The notes under the pieces were generated by a model. That model was given only the letters and a program-made list of their open reading frames with translations, did no database searches and was not told the origin of the DNA. A stretch of 64,000 bases of DNA from an uncultured Candidatus Saccharibacteria bacterium (GTDB taxonomy: Bacteria; Patescibacteriota; Saccharimonadia; Saccharimonadales; UBA7683), in NCBI GenBank assembly GCA_964643895.1, contig CAZXUE010000001.1, positions 17,083-81,082 on the forward strand, read 5' to 3'. The position numbers were made by a program, and so were the translations under genes. Numbering within the stretch: position 1 is the first letter of the stretch; each line of letters begins with the position of its first letter. Below, one piece after another: positions 40,381-50,778 of this stretch.

Positions 40381-41514
40381 ATGGATGAAATAAAACGACA
40401 GGCTTTAGAGAAACACAAAGAGTTGCGAGGAAAGATTGAGGTTACACTGAAAGATCAGCTTGATGAACCAGAGAAGCTGAAACTTTATTATACTCCCGGG
40501 GTAGGCACGGTCAGCTCATATGTAGCTGAGCATCCCGAAGAAGCAAGAGACTATACGTGGTTAAATAATTCGGTAGCCGTTGTATCAGACGGTTCGGCAG
40601 TTTTAGGGCTGGGGAACATCGGCCCGCTTGGCGCGCTCCCTGTTATGGAGGGTAAAGCGATGTTGTTTAAACAGTTTGCCAATATCGATGCTGTGCCGAT
40701 TGTTTTAGATGTACATACTGCTGATGAGATTGTTGCTGCAGTAAAGGCGATTGCACCGAGTTTTGGAGCAATCAATCTTGAGGATGTTGCCGCACCGATT
40801 TGCTTTGAGGTAGAAGAACGTTTGAAGCAAGAACTGGACATCCCAATAATGCATGATGATCAACATGGCACCGCTGTGGTCGTGCTTGCGGGGTTGATTA
40901 ATGCGATGAAGGTGGTTAGTAAATCTCTCTCAGAATGCAAAATTGTGCTGGTAGGTGCCGGTGCGGCCGGCGTAGCAATTGCCAAGTTGGTTTATAAATA
41001 TGCTCATCCTCAGATTATTGCGGTAGATAGGAGGGGTATAATTGAACCATCACGCGACAACCTGAACACTGAAAAACAACTGATTCTACAGTTTGCACAA
41101 AATGTTCAGCCTGGCTTACTAGCTGATGCCGTAAAAGATGCTGATATCTTCATCGGCGTCTCTCAACCGGGATTACTTACCGCCGATATGGTCAAGACCA
41201 TGGCAAAAGATCCGGTGATTTTTGCCCTTGCTAATCCTGTGCCAGAAATCTACCCTGATGAAGCAAAATCAGCAGGCGCAGCAGTTGTAGCAACTGGCCG
41301 CAGCGACTTTCCCAACCAAGTGAACAATGCCCTGGCGTTTCCGGGAATTTTCCGCGGCGCCCTAGATAACCAGGTAACTAAAATTACAGATGAGCACAAA
41401 ATAGCTGCTGCAGAAACTATCGCCAGCTTTATACAGAATCCAACTTCCGATGAAATCATCCCTTCAATTTTTGCCGAAGGTCTGACGGAGAAAATTTCTT
41501 CGGTAGTTATCTAG
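40381..41514 (+). CDS. NAD(P)-dependent malic enzyme (short form)
   Basis: YTPGVG, the GAGAAG nucleotide-binding site and the FPGIFRGALD motif. Confidence 0.88.
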   Translation: MDEIKRQALEKHKELRGKIEVTLKDQLDEPEKLKLYYTPGVGTVSSYVAEHPEEARDYTWLNNSVAVVSDGSAVLGLGNIGPLGALPVMEGKAMLFKQFANIDAVPIVLDVHTADEIVAAVKAIAPSFGAINLEDVAAPICFEVEERLKQELDIPIMHDDQHGTAVVVLAGLINAMKVVSKSLSECKIVLVGAGAAGVAIAKLVYKYAHPQIIAVDRRGIIEPSRDNLNTEKQLILQFAQNVQPGLLADAVKDADIFIGVSQPGLLTADMVKTMAKDPVIFALANPVPEIYPDEAKSAGAAVVATGRSDFPNQVNNALAFPGIFRGALDNQVTKITDEHKIAAAETIASFIQNPTSDEIIPSIFAEGLTEKISSVVI

Positions 41515-41515
41515 A

Positions 41516-41899
41516 TCAGGCTGCCGCCAATTTGAGTCGCGGTACTTGTGGCGCCCCTTGGGCTTTCAGTAAGCTTGCGCCCTCATAAGGGTCCGGTGAA
41601 TCGGTAAAATCGAACACTTCGCACGGTTGGCGAACTGCACCAGCGACTAATGTACCCACCTCCTTTAATTGTGCATCTGCTAGCGGTGGGCGCAGTATGG
41701 CTTGTTGATAACCAATTCGAAGGCCATCCGCATCTGTAATCGGTTGAGGTAATTCAGGATCAACAAGCTCAACCACCACATGATTCGCCTTAAGAAACTG
41801 CTGAACAGCCAAACCACCGAAAGCTGCTTCTGTACCGGTAGCCATCGCTACAAATGTTGCTGTTTCAGTGCTAAAAAATCTACAATACGCTTTTGCCAT
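41516..41899 (-). CDS. hypothetical protein (127 aa, GC-rich)
   Basis: Clean ORF with no recognisable family. Confidence 0.45.
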   Translation of the reverse strand: MAKAYCRFFSTETATFVAMATGTEAAFGGLAVQQFLKANHVVVELVDPELPQPITDADGLRIGYQQAILRPPLADAQLKEVGTLVAGAVRQPCEVFDFTDSPDPYEGASLLKAQGAPQVPRLKLAAA

Positions 41900-42026
41900 G
41901 TTGGCTCCTTTTTGTAATCAGCCTCTACTATACTCAAGCATGGGTGCTATCCTATGGAATATGGCAACAAATTTTTGGCACTTACTTTCTTTACAGTTAT
42001 TGAAATGGTTATGATACTAAGACACT

Positions 42027-42640
42027 ATGAAGCAATTTAAGCTTGAACTTATTGGACTTGACGGACGCGACTTTAGGGTATATACAGCGCTAATACAGCT
42101 TGGTCCATCGTCTATACGGGCGATCGCTCAGATTTCGGGTATTAATCGCGGCTCAACTTACGAATCTCTCAAGAACTGGTGCGACTGGGTATGGTGAGCT
42201 ACCAGCAACATACAGAAAAAACAAAACGATACGTTGCTGAGCCACCCCAAAAACTTAAGAGTATTATTGCTGAAAAAGAACTTGAGCTTAAAAATTTGCA
42301 AGTTAGTATAGATCCGTATCTTAAGCAGTTAGAGAAAGTGGAGGCCGAAACACCCAGTCTACACTCAAGAATTTACGAAGAAGACGAAGGTGTGGCGGCT
42401 ATCTTACGAGATGTACTCGCTACAACTGAGAGGCTCAACAAGAAAGAGTACCGTGCAATTTCTTCAGCCCAAATGCGTAGCTATATGTATAAACGCTTCC
42501 CGAGCTTGACTAAACAGCGACTGGCTAAAAAGATCTTTGTGAAAGTGCTCGCCACCGGTGAGGGTGGTAAAATTACAGACCTTTCTGAACGACGATGGCT
42601 CAACCTGCCAAACAAGCCTTTAAAACAGCCCATGTCTTAG
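42027..42640 (+). pseudogene. TrmB-family transcriptional regulator interrupted by a frameshift
   Basis: The N-terminal HTH (MKQFKLELIGLDGRDFRVYTALIQLGPSSIRAIAQISGINRGSTYESLKN) stops at 42195-42197. The conserved continuation LVRLGMVSYQQ…RYVAEPP is in the -1 frame (GTG-start ORF at 42179). A single missing base near 42176-42180 would restore one ~204-aa protein. Confidence 0.65.
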
Positions 42641-42770
42641 ATCATTATTTATGGCACACAATTAGCTATTATTAGTATCACTCGACTCAACATCCCTCAC
42701 GGTATCGTTATTGACGACCCAGCAATCGCACGAATACATGCTTTTCTTTTTGATGAGCTGTGGGATCGAT

Positions 42771-44387
42771 CTAAATAACTCTGTTGATTTCTTCTATAGT
42801 GGTCTCGCCGGCTAGGGCTTTGAGAAGGCCAGCTTGGTACATAGTGATCATGCCTTGTTCCATGGCTTTAGCTTGGATCATATCGGAGGTTGGGATGTGG
42901 TATGGATCGCGGAGCATGGCTTGGATCTCGGGCGTAACGACGAAATCTTCGATGATGCTAATACGACCTTTGTAACCAAAAGGATTTTCCTCAGACTTAC
43001 CAGGTTTGTAGAGGGTGATTTTTGTCAGGTCAGGAGCTTTAATATCTTTTGGAAGGTTTTTCAGATTTTCCCGAATATGGTTTTGAACCGCTTCATCTGG
43101 TTGGTAGGCTTGTTTGGTTTTGTCATCAAGTCTCCTTACAAGGCGCTGACTGATTATCAGTTTCACTGAAGATATAAGGATTGGGTTTACGCCAATCATG
43201 TCTATCATACGTGTAAACGCCTCTGAGGCATTGCCGGCGTGAAAGGTTGAAAGCACCAGGTGGCCGGTTACAGCAGCCTGTAGCGCTGTGCGAGCCGTAT
43301 CAACATCACGAATTTCGCCAACCATTATTACATCTGGGTCAAGGCGCATCACCGCGCGAAGTTTATTGGCAAAACTATCACCTTGCCGGCTGTAAACTGG
43401 AATTTGGCTCATACCATCAAGCCCGTATTCAACCGGATCTTCCAGCGTTATGATTTTATTCTTCGGATCGTTCATTTGTTGAAGAATTGAATAGAGCGTA
43501 GTGGTTTTACCGGAGCCCGTTGGTCCGACCATTAGAACCATGCCGTGCGGATGCGAAACAACCTCATCAATTGGCCTTCGTTCTCGTTCGCTGAGGCCAA
43601 GGTTATCGAGTCGCAGTAAGGCAGTATCCATGTTAAATAAACGCACCACCGCATCTTGACCGTATAATGTCGGTACGGTTTCGATACGCATGTTGAGGAT
43701 TTTTTCAGTTCCATCCTCTTTTGTAATCTTTTGGCTCAAGTGGCCGGTTTGCGCATCTGGTGCCGAGGTAGAAATACCCGCTTTTACCGCAATTGATTGC
43801 TGCAGCTGACGATACTTTTGGTGAGAGATTATTGCAATAAGGTGTAGTGCACCGTCAAGGCGAAAGCGAATGCGCACACCGGTTCGGGCAGTTTCAAGGT
43901 GAATATCTGAGGCTTCAAGCTTATCTGCCTGTGTAATGACATAATCCAGTATGTCGTCGGAAAGCACGCCTTCAAGTGTTTGTGAAACCTGCTGCACGTT
44001 ATCGCTTGCACCTTCATGACTCACGGTAATGTCATCGTAGTGCACCTCTTTTGGCGGATCAAAGCGCAGCATGAACTCTTTAAATCCTTCATTGCTGATC
44101 ATGACAAAATCAATGATTTTATCATTAAAGCGCTCGCGGAGCTTTGTCAGCATTGGCTGCGGCGTACTGATAGTAATTGCAAATGTGTAACCGCTGCCGC
44201 GGTCGTAGAGCGGCACTAACTTGTAGTCATACATCTCTTGGTTGTTCAACACACCAGTTACAAGCTGCACATCTTGAAGCGTGCGGCTATCAACATAGGC
44301 GATCTTTAAAAGACCAGCTCGTTTTTTAGTGTTGAGCTCTTCATTTTCGCGAAACTTGAGATGATCAGCGGCATCATTAAAGGCCAT
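42771..44387 (-). CDS. type II/IV secretion system ATPase, PilB/GspE family
   Basis: N-terminal GspE-N-like domain, GPTGSGKTTT Walker A, the Asp box and the His box. No pilC, pilM or pilin genes are adjacent. Confidence 0.88.
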   Translation of the reverse strand: MAFNDAADHLKFRENEELNTKKRAGLLKIAYVDSRTLQDVQLVTGVLNNQEMYDYKLVPLYDRGSGYTFAITISTPQPMLTKLRERFNDKIIDFVMISNEGFKEFMLRFDPPKEVHYDDITVSHEGASDNVQQVSQTLEGVLSDDILDYVITQADKLEASDIHLETARTGVRIRFRLDGALHLIAIISHQKYRQLQQSIAVKAGISTSAPDAQTGHLSQKITKEDGTEKILNMRIETVPTLYGQDAVVRLFNMDTALLRLDNLGLSERERRPIDEVVSHPHGMVLMVGPTGSGKTTTLYSILQQMNDPKNKIITLEDPVEYGLDGMSQIPVYSRQGDSFANKLRAVMRLDPDVIMVGEIRDVDTARTALQAAVTGHLVLSTFHAGNASEAFTRMIDMIGVNPILISSVKLIISQRLVRRLDDKTKQAYQPDEAVQNHIRENLKNLPKDIKAPDLTKITLYKPGKSEENPFGYKGRISIIEDFVVTPEIQAMLRDPYHIPTSDMIQAKAMEQGMITMYQAGLLKALAGETTIEEINRVI

Positions 44388-44393
44388 ACAACC

Positions 44394-44429
44394 ATTCTAC
44401 TGTAAAACATAAACGTTTCACAGTAGAAT
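44394..44429. promoter_or_regulatory. perfect 10-bp inverted repeat immediately upstream of pilB-like start
   Basis: attctactgt-N16-acagtagaat; the loop contains the palindrome aaacgttt. It ends 6 nt from the pilB ATG, in the divergent pilB/trmH promoter region. Confidence 0.45.
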
Positions 44430-44575
44430 GCAAATCCCAAAATACAAATTTCAAATTCTAAATAAACTCTTCACGAGAGCGTTTGAGTTTAACTTTATTT
44501 AGATTACTGACAATTTAAAGATTATTTATAGGTTGGCGTTTGTTATTTAATCTTCTCTGTTGCATTATAGTTTCT

Positions 44576-45088
44576 ATGTATATCACCCTGGTAGCGCATA
44601 ACATCCGTAGCACACATAACGTTGGCGCCTTCTTCCGGACTTGTGATGCGCTTGGAGTTCAAAAGATTATTTTTAGCGGCTACACCCCCTATCCTACATT
44701 TGAAGGCGACAGCAGAATGCCACATTTTGCTGATAGAATCACTCGGCAAATTCATAAAACTGCGCTTGGGGCCGAATCTTCTGTAGATTTTGAATACGTT
44801 GAAACTCTGGAGGAAGTCATTTCTGAATTAAAAAAGCAAAGTGCAGCCCTTGTTGCGCTCGAGCAATTCCCCGATAGCATTTCCCCCGCAAATTGTGTTA
44901 AAAAACTGAAACAAGAATACAAAGGCAAGTCTATCGCTTTAATTATAGGCAATGAAATTCACGGTGTTGCTGATGAGATATTGCAACAAGTCGACCTTAT
45001 TATGGAGATACCGATGCATGGCATGAAAGAATCTCTCAATGTTTCTGTCGCCACAGGTATTGCACTCTATGCACTTACTACGGCTTAA
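44576..45088 (+). CDS. SpoU/TrmH family RNA 2'-O-methyltransferase
   Basis: HNIRSTHNVGAFFRTCDALGV and a C-terminal GNEIHGV…ESLNVSVA SPOUT knot. Confidence 0.8.
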   Translation: MYITLVAHNIRSTHNVGAFFRTCDALGVQKIIFSGYTPYPTFEGDSRMPHFADRITRQIHKTALGAESSVDFEYVETLEEVISELKKQSAALVALEQFPDSISPANCVKKLKQEYKGKSIALIIGNEIHGVADEILQQVDLIMEIPMHGMKESLNVSVATGIALYALTTA

Positions 45089-48000
45089 TTGCAACGCATT
45101 CTGGTTCAAAAAATTCGTGAAGGCGAGCAGTCAACTCATCCTTGATGGTAATTTTAAACGGCATCCTAAGTGCTGTTTTACCGGTATTTTCACCTAGGAC
45201 CAGAATTAACTCGTCTTCACCGGGATGCTCTGAAGCCACTTTTTTCAGTGCCAGCAGCTTTTCATTATCGTTTGGATCTTTTACGTGGACAAAGAGCTTT
45301 TGAGTTGGCGTGGCTGTAGGCGAAGAAATAAGTGGCGGCAAACTGCTGGGCTTGCTTTTACCAGATGGAGCAGAGCCTTTGGGCGGTTTAGGCTTTTTAC
45401 CTTTGGCTTGGTAGCTTTTAGCGTCTTCCTCGGATACGACATTTGCTTGATCGACCATCAGCTTGAGCTCTTGACCAATGTTACCATCGCGATCTTTGTA
45501 ATTAATTTTTCCTTTTGCCAAAACAACCCGATCTTGTTGCCATACTGAATTGAGTTTTTCGTATACCCCTGGAAAAACGATGAGTTCACACTCGCCTGTT
45601 TTATCTTCAAGTTTTACAAATGCCATTTTTGAACCATTTTTAGTTGTAATGGAACGAATAGTCGTCACAACTCCACCGAGCGTGACTGTCTTGCCCTCCA
45701 TACTATCGTTTATCTCGTTCATGGCCAGTGTATTTTCTTCCAGATATGTTCCGAAACCATCAAGCGGATGCCGACTCAGGTACAAGCCCAGCAACTCACG
45801 CTCAGCCAGCAACATATCGTGTTCCTTCATTTGCTCCGGAGCTTTTTCAAACTTATATTGGGGCGCAATGCTTGGGGCGGCGCCGTCAATACCGCCAAAA
45901 AGATCGGCCTGATTTGTTTCCTTCTCCTTATGGATTTTTGATCCAAGACCGAGCAGCCCCTCAAGATTAAACAAGAGATCACCGCGAGTTTCACCTAAAC
46001 TATCGAATGCACCAGATTTAATTAAGCTTTCCCATACTTTACGGTTCACTTTTCTGGTATCAACTCGTTCTACAAAATCCATAACGCTCTTGAACGGTCC
46101 GGTTTCTTCTCGTACACGAATAATTTCTTCAACTGCACCGACGCCAACATTTTTAATGGCACTCATGCCAAAACGAATCTGATTTTTATCTTTTACGACA
46201 CCGAACTCAACATATGATTCATTTACGTCCGGCAATAATACCTCAATACCCATATGACGACACTCGTTGATTTCTATTGCCAAACGGTCAATATCATCAG
46301 CATCGCTAGTCATAAGTGCAGCCATGAAGGCATCTGGATAGTGTGCCTTGAGATATGCTGTCCAGTAAGCAATTAGTCCGTAGCATGCAGCATGAGATTT
46401 GTTGAAGCAATAGGCAGCGAACTCTTCAAGCTGTTTCCAAAACTTTTCCATGAGATCACGTGAGATACCTGATTGCTTTCCGCCACCTTCAATCATTTTG
46501 TCTTTCATTTTAGCCATCAGTTCAGCGTTCTTTTTTCCAATTGCTTTCCTCAAAGTGTCAGCTTCACCCCCTGTAAAGCCACAGACTTCTTTTGAGATCT
46601 GCATGACTTGTTCTTGATATACCAAAATACCATAAGTATTCTCAAGAGCTCCCTTCATGCTTTTGTGCGGGTAACTTATTTGCTTCTGACCATGCTTACG
46701 AGCAATAAAGTCGCCAATAAATTGCATCGGCCCTGGGCGATAGAGCGCTACCATGGCCACAATATCTTCAAACACCGTTGGCTTGAGTTCTCTCAAGTAG
46801 CGCTTCATACCAGCGGATTCCAACTGAAAGACACCAGTTGTATCTCCGCGCTGGAATAATTCATAGGTTTTTTCATCATCAAGCGGAATTTCTTCCGGAA
46901 TGATACTTGTTTTATACACTGCCTTGATAATGCGGATGGCATTACGGAGAATGGTTAAATTTGAGAGGCCAAGAAAATCCATCTTCAAAAGACCGAGGTC
47001 TTCAACCGGGCCCATCGGGTATTGGGTAGTAATAACCTCTTGTTTAGTACCATCGGCAAGTAGTACTTGCTTCTGGGCACGTTCAAGCGGAATAAACTTA
47101 ACAATTTCATCCGGCGCAATTACCACGCCGGCCGCATGAACGCCGTGGCTGCGCACTGTTCCTTCAAGTCGGATAGCCAGATCGATCACCTCTTTGGACG
47201 TGGTGTTTGTTTCATACTCGCGCTTTAAATCAGGGTCCTCTTGAATACTAGTCGCCAGCGGAATATGGCGTCCTTGAATGGGGGGCGGTATTAATTTTGC
47301 CAGACGATCAGCATCAGCGTAGGGGACTTGCTTCACTCGGGCCACATCACGAACTGCGGCTCGCGCAGCCATTGTGCCAAAAGTAACAATGTTTGCTACC
47401 CTGTCAGACCCGTACTTATCTGCGCAGTACTGAATTACCTCGTTGCGACGGGTATCCTGGATATCGATATCAATATCAGGCATCGAGATACGATCAGGAT
47501 TTAAGAAACGCTCAAACAGCAAGTCGTATTTAATAGGATCGAGCTCGGTAATACGTGTTGAGTATGCAACTATCGAACCAGCAGCCGAACCACGACCCGG
47601 GCCAAAAACAATGCCTCGATCTTTCCCCCAACCAATAAAATCAGAAACTATCAGAAAGTATCCATTGAATCCCATTTTATCAATCACGTCGAGTTCAAAT
47701 TCTGCTCGTTCCAGAATATCTTCGGGCAACGTCTGAATGGCCTCTTCTTTAGTAATTTTTTTAGACTTCGCCTCGTCAACTCGGCCATATCTCCACGCAA
47801 GTCCTCTGTAAACCAGAAGATGGAGGTACGACTTTTCGTCGTAAGGCTTTGGTACGGGGAATTTTGGAATGAGAATTTTACCAAGTTCAAGCTCCACTTC
47901 GCAGCGATCAGCGATAGCCTTAGTGTTCATTATCACTTCAGGGTACTCACCTCCCCAGCGTTTAATGACTTCTCCTGCCGGCTCAACGTGCAGTGGAAAA

Positions 48001-48770
48001 TCCTTCAAGCTCATTCTGTTTTCATCTGCCAAAAACGAGCCCGTTCCCACACACAGAAGTGCCTCGTGAGCATCTTGATCCTCATGTTTTAGATAATGCG
48101 CATCACACGTAACCACTACTGGGATATTGAGTTTTTTACCAAGCTTTAAAACCGCCTCATTGATCGTTTGCTGCTCACTGCTATGAAGCAGATTGTCTGG
48201 ATGTCCGTGATCTTGAATTTCCAAATAGTAGCGATCACCGAAGACCGATTTGTACCACTTTGCCACCCCTTCAGCTTGTTCAAATTGCCCGTTTTTTAAA
48301 GCACTGCCTACTTCGCCGCTCATACACGCACTAGTAACAATCAGGCCTTCGTTATATTGCTCGAGTAATTCGTGATCAACTCTGGGGTAGTAATAGTAGC
48401 CATCTAAATTTGCTGTGGTAGAAAGTCGCATCAGGTTTTGGTAACCCACGTTATTCATAGCGATGAGAATAAGGTGAAAACGGGCCTTATCTTTTTGCGG
48501 ATCTTTATCTTTATGCCCGCGAGCTGCAACGTATGTTTCTATTCCGATTAACGGCTTGATGTCCGCACCTTTAGCGGTCTTGTAAAAGTCAATTGCACCT
48601 GAGAGGGTGCCGTGGTCAGTCATGGCCACTGCCTGCATGCCATCTTCTTTCACAAAATCAATGAGTTTTGGAATCTTAGTCAAACCATCCAGTAAACTGT
48701 ACTGCGTATGATTATGCAGATGCACAAAATCACTGCTTTTAAGCGCTGCTTTTACTCCCATATACTTCAA
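45078..48770 (-). CDS. dnaE: DNA polymerase III subunit alpha
   Basis: PHP domain (HLHNHTQYSLLDG), a palm/fingers region, an OB fold and a Lys-rich linker, 1230 aa. Confidence 0.95.
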   Translation of the reverse strand: MKYMGVKAALKSSDFVHLHNHTQYSLLDGLTKIPKLIDFVKEDGMQAVAMTDHGTLSGAIDFYKTAKGADIKPLIGIETYVAARGHKDKDPQKDKARFHLILIAMNNVGYQNLMRLSTTANLDGYYYYPRVDHELLEQYNEGLIVTSACMSGEVGSALKNGQFEQAEGVAKWYKSVFGDRYYLEIQDHGHPDNLLHSSEQQTINEAVLKLGKKLNIPVVVTCDAHYLKHEDQDAHEALLCVGTGSFLADENRMSLKDFPLHVEPAGEVIKRWGGEYPEVIMNTKAIADRCEVELELGKILIPKFPVPKPYDEKSYLHLLVYRGLAWRYGRVDEAKSKKITKEEAIQTLPEDILERAEFELDVIDKMGFNGYFLIVSDFIGWGKDRGIVFGPGRGSAAGSIVAYSTRITELDPIKYDLLFERFLNPDRISMPDIDIDIQDTRRNEVIQYCADKYGSDRVANIVTFGTMAARAAVRDVARVKQVPYADADRLAKLIPPPIQGRHIPLATSIQEDPDLKREYETNTTSKEVIDLAIRLEGTVRSHGVHAAGVVIAPDEIVKFIPLERAQKQVLLADGTKQEVITTQYPMGPVEDLGLLKMDFLGLSNLTILRNAIRIIKAVYKTSIIPEEIPLDDEKTYELFQRGDTTGVFQLESAGMKRYLRELKPTVFEDIVAMVALYRPGPMQFIGDFIARKHGQKQISYPHKSMKGALENTYGILVYQEQVMQISKEVCGFTGGEADTLRKAIGKKNAELMAKMKDKMIEGGGKQSGISRDLMEKFWKQLEEFAAYCFNKSHAACYGLIAYWTAYLKAHYPDAFMAALMTSDADDIDRLAIEINECRHMGIEVLLPDVNESYVEFGVVKDKNQIRFGMSAIKNVGVGAVEEIIRVREETGPFKSVMDFVERVDTRKVNRKVWESLIKSGAFDSLGETRGDLLFNLEGLLGLGSKIHKEKETNQADLFGGIDGAAPSIAPQYKFEKAPEQMKEHDMLLAERELLGLYLSRHPLDGFGTYLEENTLAMNEINDSMEGKTVTLGGVVTTIRSITTKNGSKMAFVKLEDKTGECELIVFPGVYEKLNSVWQQDRVVLAKGKINYKDRDGNIGQELKLMVDQANVVSEEDAKSYQAKGKKPKPPKGSAPSGKSKPSSLPPLISSPTATPTQKLFVHVKDPNDNEKLLALKKVASEHPGEDELILVLGENTGKTALRMPFKITIKDELTARLHEFFEPECVAIKP

Positions 48771-48823
48771 TTATACAGCACAACCCCACCGAAAAGTGCC
48801 CTACCCTTGTATACTAATTACTA

Positions 48824-49909
48824 ATGGTGAACAAAGTGGCTTCTTTACAGCTTAGCAACGTACGTTCGCATCAAGCGACTGATTTTCAATTTGTCAGCGG
48901 CATGAACGCGATTGTTGGTCCTAACGGCAGCGGAAAAACAACGGTCCTAGAGGCTCTATACACGCTCCTTCGCGGCAGTAGTTTTAAGGGTACTATTTCT
49001 GAAATTGCCCGCTACAGCGAAAACCGGTTTCGTATGCACCTTGAGCTAAGATCTGAAAAGAGCAAGTTTGAGCGCTCACTAAGCTTTCAGCAGAATGAAG
49101 AAGTGGTGCAAAAAAAATGGCAGATTGAGGGTAAGTCCACTGCTCGTTTGCCGATTGCCAGTCGATTGCCAGTCGTTTTATTCGAGCCTGACCTTGCCCG
49201 CTTAATTAGCGGCAGCCCAGAACGACGCCGTCACTACCTTGACCATATTACCAGTCAACTGGACCTCGAAATCGCCATCACCCAAAATCGATTCGAACGC
49301 ACACTGAAGCAACGCAATCAGCTGCTTAAAAAAATACGTGAGAGCGCCGCACAATCCACTGACGAACTCTTTATATGGAATACCCAGCTTGCACGCCTGA
49401 GTGAGGTAATTGTTGCCGCACGGCATCAAGTGCTCGAAAGGCTTCAGAAAGAAATAAGCACTTATTACCAAAACCTTGGAGGTACAGACCAAGTGTTGCT
49501 AACCTATACCAGTCGTGTCAGCTCTGAGCCAAGTAACTATGCCTCTCGGTTAATGCAGTTTCTGGAAGCCAGTGTACAGCGCGATATTATTCTTGGCTAC
49601 ACTGCATTTGGGCCGCATCGTGATGATATTGAGGTCCGGCTTGCTGATCAGCCAGCATTACAGCGAGCCAGTCGAGGAGAAGTGAGAACCCTTGTCATTG
49701 CACTGAAGCTTCTCGAGACCGAACTGCTTTCTCAACATTTTGCAGGCAGCACTATTCAACCAACTTTACTGCTTGACGATGTACTGAGCGAACTTGATCT
49801 GGTGCATCAAGAGCGCGTTTTAGCTGGCTTTAAAGACCATCAGGTGTTTTTAACCACTACTGACGCACACGCCCTCACGCCCGGAGTTCACACAATAGCA
49901 CTTGGCTGA
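48824..49909 (+). CDS. recF: DNA replication and repair protein RecF
   Basis: GPNGSGKTT Walker A, the signature motif and a Walker B (LLLDDVLSELD). It is divergent from dnaE rather than sitting in a dnaA-dnaN-recF cluster. Confidence 0.9.
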   Translation: MVNKVASLQLSNVRSHQATDFQFVSGMNAIVGPNGSGKTTVLEALYTLLRGSSFKGTISEIARYSENRFRMHLELRSEKSKFERSLSFQQNEEVVQKKWQIEGKSTARLPIASRLPVVLFEPDLARLISGSPERRRHYLDHITSQLDLEIAITQNRFERTLKQRNQLLKKIRESAAQSTDELFIWNTQLARLSEVIVAARHQVLERLQKEISTYYQNLGGTDQVLLTYTSRVSSEPSNYASRLMQFLEASVQRDIILGYTAFGPHRDDIEVRLADQPALQRASRGEVRTLVIALKLLETELLSQHFAGSTIQPTLLLDDVLSELDLVHQERVLAGFKDHQVFLTTTDAHALTPGVHTIALG

Positions 49910-50173
49910 TTAGTTCTCGAGTGTTTGTTTGATGTTTTCTGAAATATCATTAATAAAGGGTACGCTATTAAACAGTGACAGTCCCCACAGAATAATAGTC
50001 ACTATAATTGCGGCTCCAATTATTGAACCAACACTGAAGAAGATACCCCGAAAGAAGTTTTCGATATATAAACGCTTTTTACTCACATAACCCGCCGCCA
50101 ACAGATATTCAAGAGCTTGCACGGCAGCCTTTTCGTCTATTGATGGCTGTTTTTTTGTTGTATGCTTACTCAT
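49910..50173 (-). CDS. small membrane protein (87 aa)
   Basis: One strongly hydrophobic helix (IFFSVGSIIGAAIIVTIILWGL). Confidence 0.45.
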   Translation of the reverse strand: MSKHTTKKQPSIDEKAAVQALEYLLAAGYVSKKRLYIENFFRGIFFSVGSIIGAAIIVTIILWGLSLFNSVPFINDISENIKQTLEN

Positions 50174-50362
50174 AATAACCCTTCCCTATTCTTCAGGATC
50201 AAAAGGAAACCCTGCCTCGATAGCTTCATCAAATCTGGGTGCATTCGCAGCAACTACTCCAGCTAATAGTAGTACGAGACTTCCTGCTACCCCAAGCGCT
50301 TCTCTAGCCGACTTCCCGACTTTTTCTACTAAAGATGGTCGGGTTTCTGTGCTCATAAATCT

Positions 50363-50776
50363 TTACTTTGTGGCGTTCTTTACTTTTGTAGCAATTTTAT
50401 TCTTGAGAGCAGCCAGATCCTTGAGAAGCTGGTCAATTGTCGCATCATCATTATCGTCATCACCACTTTTTATTGAAGTGATTGCTGCTTTTACACGCTC
50501 TTTCAGCTCATCTGCTTTTTTGCCGAGCTCTTCAGCCTCTTCCTTCGCTTTACCTTGAAGCTCTTTGGCCTTGGCTTTTGCTTCATCAGAAAGTTTTCCA
50601 AGCTCTTTATGGGCCTCTTTTAATTTTCGTTCAGCTGAACCTTTAATTTCACCTGCTTTATTCTTAATATCCTCGCGAGTTTCCTTACCGCTTTTTGGCG
50701 CGGTCAACAAACCAGTTACCACGCCCGCTACTGCGCCAATAATGATACCAAGACCAAATTTTTTACCTTTTGCCAT
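50363..50776 (-). CDS. YtxH domain general stress protein
   Basis: GLGIIIGAVAGVVTGLLTAPKSGKETREDIK is the YtxH signature, followed by a Lys/Glu-rich coiled-coil tail. Confidence 0.75.
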   Translation of the reverse strand: MAKGKKFGLGIIIGAVAGVVTGLLTAPKSGKETREDIKNKAGEIKGSAERKLKEAHKELGKLSDEAKAKAKELQGKAKEEAEELGKKADELKERVKAAITSIKSGDDDNDDATIDQLLKDLAALKNKIATKVKNATK

Positions 50777-50778
50777 AT

